DNA of 64,000 nt, from positions 17,277 through 81,276 of the forward strand of contig JBEENR010000007.1 in the NCBI GenBank assembly GCA_041192045.1, in the 5' to 3' direction. Position 1 is the stretch's first letter, and each line of letters starts with the position of its first letter. Below are positions 15,617-25,256 of the stretch, piece after piece. Position numbers and translations under genes: made by a program. This DNA is from Pseudomonadota bacterium. Its GTDB lineage: Bacteria > Pseudomonadota > Gammaproteobacteria > Burkholderiales > Burkholderiaceae_C. The notes beneath the pieces were generated by a model. It made no database searches and had not been told where the DNA came from. It was given only the letters and a program-made list of their open reading frames with translations.

Positions 15617-16996
15617 GTGAGTCACGCTATATCCAACGAGTTGTTGAAACGATTCGACATTCCTGGGCCTCGTTACACCTCGTATCCGACCGCAGACCGG
15701 TTTGTCGAGGCCTTCACCGATCGCGACTACACCCAGGCGCTTGAGCAAAGGCGCGCTGGCTCCATGGCCTTGCCTTTGTCGCTGTACGTGCACATTCCGT
15801 TTTGCGAATCGGTGTGCTACTACTGTGCCTGTAACAAAGTCATCACCAAGCACCACGAGCGTGCCGCTGAGTACTTGCGCTATTTGGGGCGCGAGGTCGA
15901 GTTGCAGGTGCAGTACTTTGGCCGTGGTCATTCGGTGTCTCAGTTGCACTTTGGCGGCGGAACCCCCACCTTTTTGAGCGATACCGAGCTTGAAGACCTG
16001 ATGTCGATGATTCGGCGTAACTTCAACTTGGTGCCCGGTGGCGAATACTCGATTGAGGTCGATCCACGTACCGTGACCGACGATCGGCTGCGCACCTTGG
16101 CGCGGCTGGGCTTCAACCGCCTGAGCTTTGGCGTGCAGGATTTTGACCCAGCGGTGCAGAAAGCCGTGCACCGCATTCAGCCCCCTGAACAGGTGTTTGC
16201 GCTGGTCGAGACGGCGCGCAAGATCGGGTTTGAATCGGTGAATGTGGATCTGATTTACGGTCTGCCGCTGCAAACACCCGAGTCCTTTAACCGAACCCTG
16301 GCGCAGGTCAACGCCTTGCGGCCCGACCGCATCGCCTTGTATGCCTACGCCCATCTGCCTGCCCGCTTCAAGCCGCAGCGCCGCATTGTGGCTGCCGAGC
16401 TGCCCAGCGGGGGCGACAAGCTGTCCATGCTGTCTGCGTCACTCGACGCACTGATGGATGCCGGGTATGTGTATGTCGGCATGGATCACTTTGCTTTGCC
16501 TACCGATGCCCTGGCGGTTGCCAAGCGTCAGGGACGTTTGCACCGCAACTTCCAGGGCTACAGCACCCAGCCCGACTGCGATTTGATCGCGCTGGGCGTG
16601 TCAGCCATTGGCCGTATTGGGGCCACCTACAGCCAGAACGCCAAGACCCTGGAGGAGTACTACGACGCGCTGGATCAGGGTCGTCTGCCCATTGTGCGTG
16701 GGCTGGCATTGACCCGTGACGACTTGCTGCGTCGCAGCGTGATCATGGCCCTGATGTGTCAGGGGCAGGTGCAGTACGAGTCCATCGAGCTGGGCCACCT
16801 GATTGATTTCAAACGCTACTTTGCCCGTGAACTGGAAACGCTGGTTGACTTGGCTGCGCAGGGCTTGGTACGCATTGACGACAGCAGCATCGAAGTCACC
16901 GCCACGGGCTGGTTCTTGGTGCGTGCGATTGCCATGGTGTTTGACAAGAATCTGCAAGTCGATCAAGACCGTGCGCGCTTTTCCAAGATCATCTGA
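15617..16996 (+). CDS. hemN: oxygen-independent coproporphyrinogen III oxidase (radical SAM)
   Basis: Frame of track ORF 15422..16996. I start it at GTG 15617 (GGAG SD at 15604-15607) because the FNR box lies inside the longer ORF. FDIPGPRYTSYPTADRF and the radical-SAM motif CESVCYYCAC. Confidence 0.9.
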   Translation: MSHAISNELLKRFDIPGPRYTSYPTADRFVEAFTDRDYTQALEQRRAGSMALPLSLYVHIPFCESVCYYCACNKVITKHHERAAEYLRYLGREVELQVQYFGRGHSVSQLHFGGGTPTFLSDTELEDLMSMIRRNFNLVPGGEYSIEVDPRTVTDDRLRTLARLGFNRLSFGVQDFDPAVQKAVHRIQPPEQVFALVETARKIGFESVNVDLIYGLPLQTPESFNRTLAQVNALRPDRIALYAYAHLPARFKPQRRIVAAELPSGGDKLSMLSASLDALMDAGYVYVGMDHFALPTDALAVAKRQGRLHRNFQGYSTQPDCDLIALGVSAIGRIGATYSQNAKTLEEYYDALDQGRLPIVRGLALTRDDLLRRSVIMALMCQGQVQYESIELGHLIDFKRYFARELETLVDLAAQGLVRIDDSSIEVTATGWFLVRAIAMVFDKNLQVDQDRARFSKII

Positions 16997-17008
16997 GCCT
17001 TGGCGAAC

Positions 17009-17680
17009 ATGCAAACCTCCGTTGCCGTCACGGCATTGATGATGGGTATCGTCGGTGGCCCACATTGCGTGGCCATGTGTGGCGCTGCGTGCGCGGGCAT
17101 CAGCCGTGCGGCTGCAGAACGCAGCACGCAGGCGCTGTGGGTATTTCAGCTCAGTCGCATGCTGGGCTACGCCCTGCTGGGGGCTTTTGCTGCGGGGTCT
17201 GTGCAAGGGCTGGCTTGGATGGGTGCGCAGACCACGGTGCTGCGACCCGTCTGGACGATGTTCCATGTGGCTGCCTTGTTGCTGGGGGTTGTCTTGGTCT
17301 GGCGCGCCCGTCAGCCTGCTTGGATCGAAGATTTTGGCCAGTCGGTCTGGCGCAAAGCACGGCCCTTCATGGCCTCTATGGGCCAACGCGCCCCGTTTGT
17401 GCTGGGCGTGGCCTGGGCGTTGATGCCGTGTGGTTTGTTGTACTCGGCCCTGTTGCTGGCCTCGCTGTCAGCCGATGCCATGGACGGCGCACTCATCATG
17501 GCCTTGTTTGCGGTGGGCACTTCGCTGTCGCTGACCGCAGGCCCGTGGTTGCTGCTGCGTTTGCGTGGCGCACGTTCAGGGGCTTGGGGCATCCGCCTGG
17601 CTGGTGTCGCACTGGCCTTGACCTCGGGTTGGGCCTTGTGGATGGGCATCACCCAGCCCAGCGGCTTGTGGTGCGCCTGA
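17009..17680 (+). CDS. DsbD_2/TauE-like membrane protein with a PHCxxMCG motif
   Basis: Track ORF 17000 (TTG) trimmed to ATG 17009. GGPHCVAMCGAACAG and six hydrophobic segments. It starts 13 nt after the hemN stop. Confidence 0.7.
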   Translation: MQTSVAVTALMMGIVGGPHCVAMCGAACAGISRAAAERSTQALWVFQLSRMLGYALLGAFAAGSVQGLAWMGAQTTVLRPVWTMFHVAALLLGVVLVWRARQPAWIEDFGQSVWRKARPFMASMGQRAPFVLGVAWALMPCGLLYSALLLASLSADAMDGALIMALFAVGTSLSLTAGPWLLLRLRGARSGAWGIRLAGVALALTSGWALWMGITQPSGLWCA

Positions 17681-17690
17681 ACGGGTGCGA

Positions 17691-18617
17691 CTAAGGTACT
17701 GAGCGGCGACCGACCGGCACAGTCGCCAGCAGCAAGCCCAGCAGGGCAATGCCAAAGGCCAGCCATTGCAGGGGGCTCAAGCGCTCGCCCATGAACAGCA
17801 CACCGACCAGCGCGGCTGTCAGGGGCAGCATGACCGTGAATACCCCGGCCTGAGAGGCTGGGACGGTTTTGAGCCCTGTCATCCACAGCCACACCGTCCA
17901 CATGCTGGCGGCTAGGCCGTAAAACACCAGCAGTCCCCACATCGGTGTCGAAACCGCGCCAAAGTCAAACGACCAAGCAGCCCACAACCCGAAGGGCGTG
18001 ACCAGCGCGAACCCCCATAGGTTGATGATGGCCGAGATGCGTCTGGGGCCCAGACCCTGGGTCAGGTGTTTGCCAATGACGACATAAGACGCTTCGCAAA
18101 CCACCGCCGCAAACACCAGCAGATTGCCCAGCACTGCGCGATGGAGCCCCAACAGGGTGTCTGCGCCGCTGTCTGTTGTGGGGCCAGCTGAGGATTTGTC
18201 GAGAGAAAACAGCGCGATGCCCAGTGCCGCACAGGCGATACCCACCATGCTGCGCAGGCTGATGCGTTCGTTCAAAAACATCCAACTGAGCAAGGCAACC
18301 ACCGCTGGGATGGAGGACATCACCACACCAGCCGCGACGGCACTGGTCATGCTGACCCCGTACAACATGCAGATTGAAAACAGAAAGTTACCCAGGAAAG
18401 ACTCCAGAAACAGCAAACGCTGGGTTTTGGGAGCCAGTACGGGTTCATTGGCGGGTTTTCGCAGCCATGTCAGCATGGCCAGCCCCCCAATGCCAAAGCG
18501 CAGCCAGGCCAGCAAAAACACCGGGAACACCAGCACCAAGGGTTTGGACAGCGCCACATAACTGCCCACCAGGGCCATGCTGAGCGCCAGACTGCCGTAG
18601 GCCCACCAACGATTCAT
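17691..18617 (-). CDS. EamA/DMT-family transporter
   Basis: Track ORF trimmed to ATG 18615-18617. About ten TM segments arranged as two EamA-like repeats. Confidence 0.8.
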   Translation of the reverse strand: MNRWWAYGSLALSMALVGSYVALSKPLVLVFPVFLLAWLRFGIGGLAMLTWLRKPANEPVLAPKTQRLLFLESFLGNFLFSICMLYGVSMTSAVAAGVVMSSIPAVVALLSWMFLNERISLRSMVGIACAALGIALFSLDKSSAGPTTDSGADTLLGLHRAVLGNLLVFAAVVCEASYVVIGKHLTQGLGPRRISAIINLWGFALVTPFGLWAAWSFDFGAVSTPMWGLLVFYGLAASMWTVWLWMTGLKTVPASQAGVFTVMLPLTAALVGVLFMGERLSPLQWLAFGIALLGLLLATVPVGRRSVP

Positions 18618-18769
18618 GACTGAAACCTTTGAAGCTTGAAAAATTGCAGAGGGCTGGATGATGCCTGAGCCCGGTATGCACAAAACCTGTGCAGCTCCTC
18701 CTCACTTTGTAGCGGACAGGCTGCGAGCTTGGTCAGTTTTATCTAGATGGCGTGTGCTTTCTCTATGAG

Positions 18770-18956
18770 ATTTCCACGATAAGAATACTTGTTTTCGTAT
18801 CGTGGAAATTCGAGAGATTGTTTCGACTCAATTTTTCTCAATATGAGAAAGAATATTTCATATTGAGGAATATACTTAAAAAGTCTTTGATAAATATAGA
18901 TAAAATATTTGTCTTGTATAAGACATAAGAGCTTTTCAAAGTCTTCTATAAGACTT
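18770..18956. promoter_or_regulatory. AT-rich control region upstream of aceA with four distinct palindromes
   Basis: ATTTCCACGATA (18770-18781) pairs with TATCGTGGAAAT (18798-18809). CTCAATATGA (18837-18846) pairs with TCATATTGAG (18858-18867). TGTCTT-gtat-AAGACA lies at 18910-18925 and AAGTCTT-ctat-AAGACTT at 18939-18956. Confidence 0.6.
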
Positions 18957-19030
18957 AAAGTTCATCCATCGGCACTGTCCTTGCAACGGCATCTGCTGAC
19001 CCTGTTTCATCAACCTCACGGAGTAGTTTC

Positions 19031-20350
19031 ATGTCCCAAACCCTGACCCGCCAGCAACAGATCGAAGCCCTGGAAAAAGACTGGGCCACCAACCCCCGCT
19101 GGGCGCTTGTCAAGCGCGGCTACAGCGCGGCTGACGTGGTGCGTCTGCGCGGCAGCCTGCAACCCGAATACACCCTGGCCAAAAACGGTGCTGAAAAGCT
19201 GTGGGAAAAAGTGAACGGCGGTGCCAAGAAGGGCTACGTCAACGCTTTCGGCGCCATCACCGCCGGTCAGGCCATGCAGCAAGCCAAAGCTGGCCTCGAA
19301 GCCGTGTACCTGTCGGGCTGGCAAGTCGCCGCTGACGGCAACACCTCCGAAACCATGTACCCCGACCAGTCGCTGTATGCCTACGACTCGGTGCCGACCA
19401 TGGTTCGCCGCATCAACAACACCTTCAAGCGCGCTGACGAAATCCAGTGGAGCCGTGGTATCAACCCCGGTGACGAAGGTTTTGTCGATTACTTCCTGCC
19501 CATCGTGGCCGATGCTGAAGCCGGTTTCGGTGGCGTGCTCAACGCCTTCGAACTGATGAAGAACATGATCGCCGCTGGTGCGGCTGGCGTTCACTTTGAA
19601 GACCAGCTGGCAGCTGTCAAGAAGTGCGGCCACATGGGCGGCAAGGTGCTGGTGCCCACGCAAGAAGCCATCGAAAAGCTGATTTCTGCCCGCTTCGCTG
19701 CCGACGTGATGGGCGTGCCCACCATCGTGCTGGCCCGTACCGACGCTGAAGCCGCCAACCTGCTGACCTCTGACCACGATGCCAACGACAAGCCTTTCCT
19801 GACCGGCGAGCGCACGCAAGAAGGTTTCTACCGCGTCAAGAACGGTCTGGAACAAGCCATCAGCCGTGGCGTGGCCTACGCTCCCTATGCCGACCTGGTG
19901 TGGTGCGAAACCGGCGTGCCAGACATCGGCTTCGCCCGTGAATTTGCCCAGGCTGTGCACGCCGCCTGCCCCGGCAAGCTGCTGTCGTACAACTGCTCGC
20001 CGTCCTTCAACTGGAAGAAAAACCTGTCGGACAGCCAGATCGCTTCCTTCCAAGAAGACCTGTCGGCACTGGGCTACAAGTACCAGTTCATCACCCTGGC
20101 CGGTATCCACATCAACTGGTTCAACACCTTCCAGTTCGCCCACGCCTATGCACGCGGCGAAGGCATGAAGCACTACACCAACATGGTGCAAGAGCCCGAA
20201 TTCGCTGCACGTGACAAGGGTTACACCTTCGTGTCGCACCAGCAAGAAGTGGGTGCAGGCTACTTTGACGATGTGACCACCGTCATCCAAGGCGGCTCCT
20301 CCAGCGTGAAAGCCCTGACCGGTTCGACCGAAGAAGAGCAGTTCCACTGA
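19031..20350 (+). CDS. aceA: isocitrate lyase
   Basis: 439 aa with the catalytic motif KKCGHMGGK and a GGAG SD at 19020-19023. Confidence 0.95.
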   Translation: MSQTLTRQQQIEALEKDWATNPRWALVKRGYSAADVVRLRGSLQPEYTLAKNGAEKLWEKVNGGAKKGYVNAFGAITAGQAMQQAKAGLEAVYLSGWQVAADGNTSETMYPDQSLYAYDSVPTMVRRINNTFKRADEIQWSRGINPGDEGFVDYFLPIVADAEAGFGGVLNAFELMKNMIAAGAAGVHFEDQLAAVKKCGHMGGKVLVPTQEAIEKLISARFAADVMGVPTIVLARTDAEAANLLTSDHDANDKPFLTGERTQEGFYRVKNGLEQAISRGVAYAPYADLVWCETGVPDIGFAREFAQAVHAACPGKLLSYNCSPSFNWKKNLSDSQIASFQEDLSALGYKYQFITLAGIHINWFNTFQFAHAYARGEGMKHYTNMVQEPEFAARDKGYTFVSHQQEVGAGYFDDVTTVIQGGSSSVKALTGSTEEEQFH

Positions 20351-20386
20351 TCGACATCAGGCACCCTGTGATGGGGTGATCTGAAC

Positions 20387-20417
20387 AAAAAAACCCGGGT
20401 TTGCCCGGGTTTTTTTA
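20387..20417. terminator. bidirectional rho-independent terminator after aceA
   Basis: AAAAAAACCCGGG-tttg-CCCGGGTTTTTTT. Confidence 0.85.
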
Positions 20418-20568
20418 TGGGAAAATCAACGCGCTTTAACCAGTCAAACACACATGCTCATGAAAAGCCTTGGCGTGATCGCATCACGAACTACGCTGCA
20501 CACGCCGTGCCACGGTGGCACGGCAGCGTGCGCCCAAGGCTGACCCTGACACAGTTCCCGTCACCAGC

Positions 20569-20597
20569 AAGCGCGGCCTTTACCGCGCTTTTTTATT
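20569..20597 (+). terminator. intrinsic-terminator-like hairpin 13 nt upstream of the thrS ATG (attenuator, operator or sRNA end)
   Basis: AAGCGCGG-ccttta-CCGCGCTT followed by TTTTATT. It is preceded by further hairpins at 20473-20487 and 20504-20524. Confidence 0.6.
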
Positions 20598-20609
20598 GCT
20601 TCATTCACC

Positions 20610-22517
20610 ATGCTCCAGATCACCCTTCCCGACGGTTCACAACGCGAATTTCCAGGCCCGGTCACTGTGGCCGAGGTGGCGGCTTCCATTGGCACGGGTC
20701 TGGCCAAAGCGGCCCTTGCAGGCAAGATCGGCACGGCAGTGGTAGACACCAGCTACCGCATTGAAACCGACAGTTCGCTGGCCATCATCACCGCCAAAGA
20801 CCCGGAAGGTCTGGAGATCATTCGCCATTCCACCGCCCACCTGCTGGCCTATGCCGTCAAGGAACTGTTCCCGGAGGCCCAGGTGACGATTGGCCCGGTG
20901 ATTGAAAACGGCTTTTTCTACGATTTTTCTTACAAGCGCCCTTTCACCCCTGAAGACTTGCAGGCGATTGAAAAGCGCATGCAGGAACTCGCGGCCAAAG
21001 ATGAGCCGGTGTTGCGCCGGGTGCTGCCGCGTGACGAGGCGGTGGCCTATTTCAAAAGCCTGGGCGAACACTACAAGGCCGAGATCATTGCCAGCATCCC
21101 CGTGAATGAAGATGTTTCGCTGTACCGGGAAGGCGGTTTTGAAGACCTCTGTCGAGGCCCTCATGTGCCCAGCACCGGCAAACTGAAGTTCTTTAAGTTG
21201 ATGAAAGTGGCTGGTGCCTACTGGCGTGGTGACCACCGCAATGAAATGCTCCAGCGCATTTACGGCACGGCCTGGGCCAGCAAAGACGAATTGCAGCGCT
21301 ACTTGACCCTGCTGGAAGAGGCTGAAAAGCGTGACCACCGAAAGCTGGGCCGCGAGCTGGATTTGTTTCACATTGACGAACATTCGCCCGGCACCGTGTT
21401 CTGGCACCCCAAGGGCTGGACGCTGTGGCAAGAGGTGGAACAGTACATGCGCCGCGTGTACCGCGACAACGGCTACCAAGAGGTCAAGGGCCCGCAGATT
21501 TTGGATCAGGGCCTGTGGGAGAAAACCGGGCACTGGGATAAGTACCGCGAAAACATGTTCGTCACCGAGTCGGAAAAGCGCGACTACGCCCTCAAGCCCA
21601 TGAACTGTCCGGGGCACATCATCATCTTCAAGCAAGGTATCAAAAGCTACCGCGATCTGCCGCTGCGCTTTGGTGAGTTTGGTCAGTGCCACCGCAACGA
21701 ACCCTCGGGGGGGTTGCACGGCATCATGCGGGTTCGCGCTTTCACGCAGGACGACGGCCATATTTTCTGTACCGAAGACCAGATTCAGTCCGAAGTGGTG
21801 GCCTTCACCACCTTGCTGCAGAAGGTGTATCGGGATTTTGGCTTTACCGACATCATTTACAAGCTTTCTACCCGGCCCGAAAAACGCATTGGCTCTGAAG
21901 AAAGCTGGGATCGGGCTGAGGCGGCGCTGGCCAACGGCTTGAAGGCTTCGGGTTGCGCATTTGAATACTTGCCGGGCGAGGGCGCGTTTTATGGGCCGAA
22001 GATTGAGTACACCCTGAAAGACGCACTGGGCCGCCCCTGGCAATGTGGCACGATCCAAGTAGACCCCAACCTGCCCGAGCGCCTAGATGCCGAATTTGTG
22101 GGCGAAGACGGCGCACGCCACCGGCCCATCATGCTGCACCGTGCGATTGTGGGCAGTCTGGAGCGCTTCATCGGCATCCTGATTGAGCAGCATGCTGGCG
22201 CTTTGCCGTTGTGGCTGGCACCGGTTCAAGTGGCGGTGCTCAACATCACCGACGCACAGGCTGACTGCTGCCGCGATATCGCAAAATCCTTGCAGGGCAA
22301 GGGACTGCGGGTGGTGACTGACCTGAGAAACGAAAAAATCACGTATAAAATACGGGAGTTTGCTTTGCAGAAGCTGCCTTATATTTTGGTTGTGGGCGAC
22401 AAGGAAAAGGCAGCAGGCACCGTGGCAGTCCGTGCCAGAGGAAACAAAGACTTGGGCATCATGTCCTTGCAAGACTTCTCGGATCTCGTGGCAGCCGACG
22501 TTGCCAATAAGCGCTGA
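20610..22517 (+). CDS. thrS: threonine--tRNA ligase
   Basis: 635 aa. [14 protein letters not shown] (TGS domain), class II core, and [17 protein letters not shown]. Confidence 0.97.
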   Translation: MLQITLPDGSQREFPGPVTVAEVAASIGTGLAKAALAGKIGTAVVDTSYRIETDSSLAIITAKDPEGLEIIRHSTAHLLAYAVKELFPEAQVTIGPVIENGFFYDFSYKRPFTPEDLQAIEKRMQELAAKDEPVLRRVLPRDEAVAYFKSLGEHYKAEIIASIPVNEDVSLYREGGFEDLCRGPHVPSTGKLKFFKLMKVAGAYWRGDHRNEMLQRIYGTAWASKDELQRYLTLLEEAEKRDHRKLGRELDLFHIDEHSPGTVFWHPKGWTLWQEVEQYMRRVYRDNGYQEVKGPQILDQGLWEKTGHWDKYRENMFVTESEKRDYALKPMNCPGHIIIFKQGIKSYRDLPLRFGEFGQCHRNEPSGGLHGIMRVRAFTQDDGHIFCTEDQIQSEVVAFTTLLQKVYRDFGFTDIIYKLSTRPEKRIGSEESWDRAEAALANGLKASGCAFEYLPGEGAFYGPKIEYTLKDALGRPWQCGTIQVDPNLPERLDAEFVGEDGARHRPIMLHRAIVGSLERFIGILIEQHAGALPLWLAPVQVAVLNITDAQADCCRDIAKSLQGKGLRVVTDLRNEKITYKIREFALQKLPYILVVGDKEKAAGTVAVRARGNKDLGIMSLQDFSDLVAADVANKR

Positions 22518-22579
22518 TCACCGGCACAAGCTTCGCAGAGCAGACATTTCGTCTATCAGCCCGCGTAAAGGAACTTACC

Positions 22580-23185
22580 ATAGCTACCAATTTTCGTGAC
22601 CGCCGTCAACGCGATGAGCGCGCACACAGACTGAACCGAGAAATCATGGCCCCCGAGGTGCGTCTCAACGGGCCTGAAAATGAATCATTGGGCATTGTCA
22701 GCTTGCAAGAAGCGCTGCGCATGGCCGGTGAGCTGGATGTGGACTTGGTTGAAATTGCAGCCACGGCCACACCACCGGTTTGTCGCTTGATGGACTACGG
22801 CAAATTCAAGTACCAGGAACAGAAAAAAGCTGCCGAAGCCAAAGCCAAGCAGACGGTCATTGAAATCAAGGAAGTTAAATTCCGTCCTGGTACCGACGAT
22901 GGTGACTACAACATCAAGTTGCGCAATATCCGGCGCTTTCTGGATGATGGTGACAAGTGCAAGATCACCTTGCGTTTCCGTGGTCGCGAGATCACGCACC
23001 AAGAGCTGGGTTTGGCGCTTTTGAACCGCATTCGCGATGATTTGGCCGACTCGATTGTGATCGAGCAGTTCCCGAAGCTCGAAGGACGGCAGATGATCAT
23101 GATGATTGCGCCCGGACGCAAAAAACCTGGGGGCAAAGGGACTGAAACAGCTGCTAACCCTGCGGGTCAGGTGGCTGCTGGTTGA
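22580..23185 (+). CDS. infC: translation initiation factor IF-3, probably with a non-canonical ATA start
   Basis: The track gives ATG 22646, but the frame stays open upstream. ATA at 22580 is preceded by AAAGGAA (22567-22573) and gives (M)[30 protein letters not shown], restoring the usual IF-3 N-terminus. The rest is a typical IF-3 sequence. Confidence 0.85.
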   Translation: MATNFRDRRQRDERAHRLNREIMAPEVRLNGPENESLGIVSLQEALRMAGELDVDLVEIAATATPPVCRLMDYGKFKYQEQKKAAEAKAKQTVIEIKEVKFRPGTDDGDYNIKLRNIRRFLDDGDKCKITLRFRGREITHQELGLALLNRIRDDLADSIVIEQFPKLEGRQMIMMIAPGRKKPGGKGTETAANPAGQVAAG

Positions 23186-23221
23186 TGGCTGACGGGGTGG
23201 AGTGAACAACATTCGAGGTTG

Positions 23222-23247
23222 AGTCAGCAGGTGTATGCCTGCTGACT
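23222..23247 (+). promoter_or_regulatory. 10-bp stem-loop in the infC-rpmI spacer (candidate L20 translational operator element)
   Basis: AGTCAGCAGG-tgtatg-CCTGCTGACT. Confidence 0.35.
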
Positions 23248-23378
23248 TGGCGGCGGCGACCGATGGGTTGTACGTCCAATGAAAGGCTGAGAGGCTTTTC
23301 ATCAAAAGTGGCTCGGGGCCAGCAAGTCTGCGGAAGGTTCGCAGCGCCTCACGAGCACAATGCAGAAGGAGCATGTCA

Positions 23379-23582
23379 ATGCCCAAAATGAAAACCAAGA
23401 GCAGCGCGAAAAAGCGTTTTCGCGTTCGTCCCGGTGGTACCGTCAAGCGCGGTCAAGCCTTCAAACGTCACATCTTGACCAAGAAGACCACCAAGAACAA
23501 GCGCCACCTGCGTGGTGCGGTGACTGTTCATGAGACCAACATGGGTCACATGGCACAGATGCTGCCCGGCATGGGTATTTGA
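23379..23582 (+). CDS. rpmI: 50S ribosomal protein L35
   Basis: [22 protein letters not shown] at 23366-23371 is 7 nt before ATG 23379, whereas the track start 23373 is too close to the SD. Confidence 0.93.
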   Translation: MPKMKTKSSAKKRFRVRPGGTVKRGQAFKRHILTKKTTKNKRHLRGAVTVHETNMGHMAQMLPGMGI

Positions 23583-23606
23583 TCAACGACGAACAAGGAG
23601 TAACTC

Positions 23607-23966
23607 ATGCCTCGCGTCAAACGTGGTGTCACGGCTCGCGCCCGACACAAAAAAGTACTGGCTCTGGCCAAAGGTTTCCGTGGCCGTCGCGGTAATGTCT
23701 TCCGCATCGCCAAACAGGCGGTGATGAAGGCTGGGCAATATGCCTACCGGGATCGTCGCACCAAGAAACGTGTCTTCCGTCAGCTCTGGATCGCGCGTAT
23801 CAACGCCGGTGCCCGTGCTTGCGGACTGACTTACAGCCAGTTTGCCAATGGTCTGAAAAAAGCCTGCATCGAGATCGACCGCAAGGTTCTGGCCGATTTG
23901 GCTGTGAACGATCCAGCTGCCTTTGGCAGCATCGTGGAACAAGTCAAAGCCAAGCTGGCCGCTTGA
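23607..23966 (+). CDS. rplT: 50S ribosomal protein L20
   Basis: [28 protein letters not shown]. Confidence 0.97.
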   Translation: MPRVKRGVTARARHKKVLALAKGFRGRRGNVFRIAKQAVMKAGQYAYRDRRTKKRVFRQLWIARINAGARACGLTYSQFANGLKKACIEIDRKVLADLAVNDPAAFGSIVEQVKAKLAA

Positions 23967-24026
23967 TTCACGGTGACCGTCGCACCGGCCTTTTGGGGGC
24001 GGGTTGCAGCGGTCTCATCGCTCAAA

Positions 24027-24080
24027 GGGGTTGAGGCTGGTTGAGGAGGTGACTCCTCGCAGCACTCATCCCCTTTTTTG
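24027..24080 (+). terminator. compound hairpin plus T-tract between rplT and pheS (terminator or attenuator)
   Basis: Outer stem GGGGTTGAG pairs with CTCATCCCC (one mismatch). The inner stem is GAGGAG-gtga-CTCCTC, followed by TTTTTTGTTT at 24074-24083. Confidence 0.6.
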
Positions 24081-24104
24081 TTTGGCAACGCAATAAGCAC
24101 ACAC

Positions 24105-25157
24105 ATGAACGAGTTGGATGCCTTGGTTGAGAGCGCCTGCGCCGCCTTTGCGCAAGCCCACACGCCGACCGATTTGGAAAACGCCAAGGCCCAGTTTCTG
24201 GGCAAATCGGGCCGGATTACCGAACTGATGAAGGGTTTGGCCGCCCTGCCGGTGAACGAGAAAAAAAGCCGTGGTGCTGCGATCAACCAGGCCAAACAGG
24301 CTATTGAAGCGGCACTGGCTGCCCAACGCCAAGCGCTGGCCGATGCCGAGCTGGCCTTGCAGTTGAAAGCCGAGGCGCTGGACGTGACCCTGCCGGGTCG
24401 CCAGCGTGGGGCAGGGGGCTTGCACCCGGTCAGCCTGACGCTTGAGCGTATTGAGGCGATTTTTGCTTCCATGGGCTTTGAAGTGGCTGAAGGCCCCGAA
24501 ATCGAATCCGACTGGTTCAACTTCACGGCCCTGAACACACCCGAAGACCATCCGGCCCGCTCCATGCACGACACCTTCTATGTTGAAGGCGGCAGCGAAC
24601 GCGCGCCCAACCTGCTGCGCACCCACACCAGCCCGATGCAGATCCGCCACGCGGTGCAGCATGTCAAGCGGCACCGCGCCGCCCTGGATGCTGGGCAGGG
24701 CATGCCCGAAATTCGCGTCATCGCACCGGGGCGTACCTACCGGGTGGACAGTGATGCCACCCATTCGCCCATGTTCCACCAGTGCGAAGGGCTCTGGATT
24801 GGTGAAAACGTGAGCTTCAAGGACCTGAAATACGTATTCACGGATTTTTGCCGTACCTTCTTTGAATCCGAAGACCTGGTGCTGCGTTTTCGCCCCAGCT
24901 TCTTTCCCTTCACCGAGCCCAGTGCCGAGATTGACATTCAATTTCAAAGCGGCCCGCTGGCTGGACGCTGGCTCGAAGTCGCGGGCTCCGGTCAGGTGCA
25001 CCCGAATGTGGTGCGCAACATGGGTCTGGATCCGGAGCGCTACATCGGCTTTGCCTTTGGTATGGGCCCCGACCGCCTGACCATGTTGCGTTATGGTGTG
25101 AACGACCTGCGGTTGTTTTTTGACGGCGATATCCGCTTCTTGTCCCAGTTCCGCTGA
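24105..25157 (+). CDS. pheS: phenylalanine--tRNA ligase alpha subunit
   Basis: Track ORF (TTG 24078) trimmed to ATG 24105. [22 protein letters not shown] and [14 protein letters not shown]. Confidence 0.95.
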   Translation: MNELDALVESACAAFAQAHTPTDLENAKAQFLGKSGRITELMKGLAALPVNEKKSRGAAINQAKQAIEAALAAQRQALADAELALQLKAEALDVTLPGRQRGAGGLHPVSLTLERIEAIFASMGFEVAEGPEIESDWFNFTALNTPEDHPARSMHDTFYVEGGSERAPNLLRTHTSPMQIRHAVQHVKRHRAALDAGQGMPEIRVIAPGRTYRVDSDATHSPMFHQCEGLWIGENVSFKDLKYVFTDFCRTFFESEDLVLRFRPSFFPFTEPSAEIDIQFQSGPLAGRWLEVAGSGQVHPNVVRNMGLDPERYIGFAFGMGPDRLTMLRYGVNDLRLFFDGDIRFLSQFR

Positions 25158-25256
25158 ACTTGGGTGATGGGCTCCCTGGGGAGCCTGATGCTTTTTTGTC
25201 CAGGTTTGTGTGCCTGGATCAAGACCGAGTTTCTTGCGATTTGTCGAGAGTTTTTC

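Noticed and set aside
19016-20347. 443-aa ORF on the minus strand
   Set aside because: It exactly shadows aceA on the opposite strand. The Gly/Val/His/Ala-rich composition is typical of antisense frames in high-GC DNA, and aceA is unambiguous.
20417-20764. 115-aa ORF spanning the thrS leader and the thrS 5' end
   Set aside because: It runs out of frame into thrS, crosses a terminator hairpin, and has an implausible composition.
20637-22058. 473-aa ORF antisense to thrS
   Set aside because: A shadow ORF of a highly conserved gene, with no start context or recognisable motifs.
25169-25197. Hairpin GGCTCC/GGAGCC plus T6 in the pheS-pheT spacer as an internal terminator
   Set aside because: The stem is only 6 bp and the T-tract lies 6 nt from the stem. 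pheS and pheT must be made stoichiometrically, so a terminator here is unlikely.
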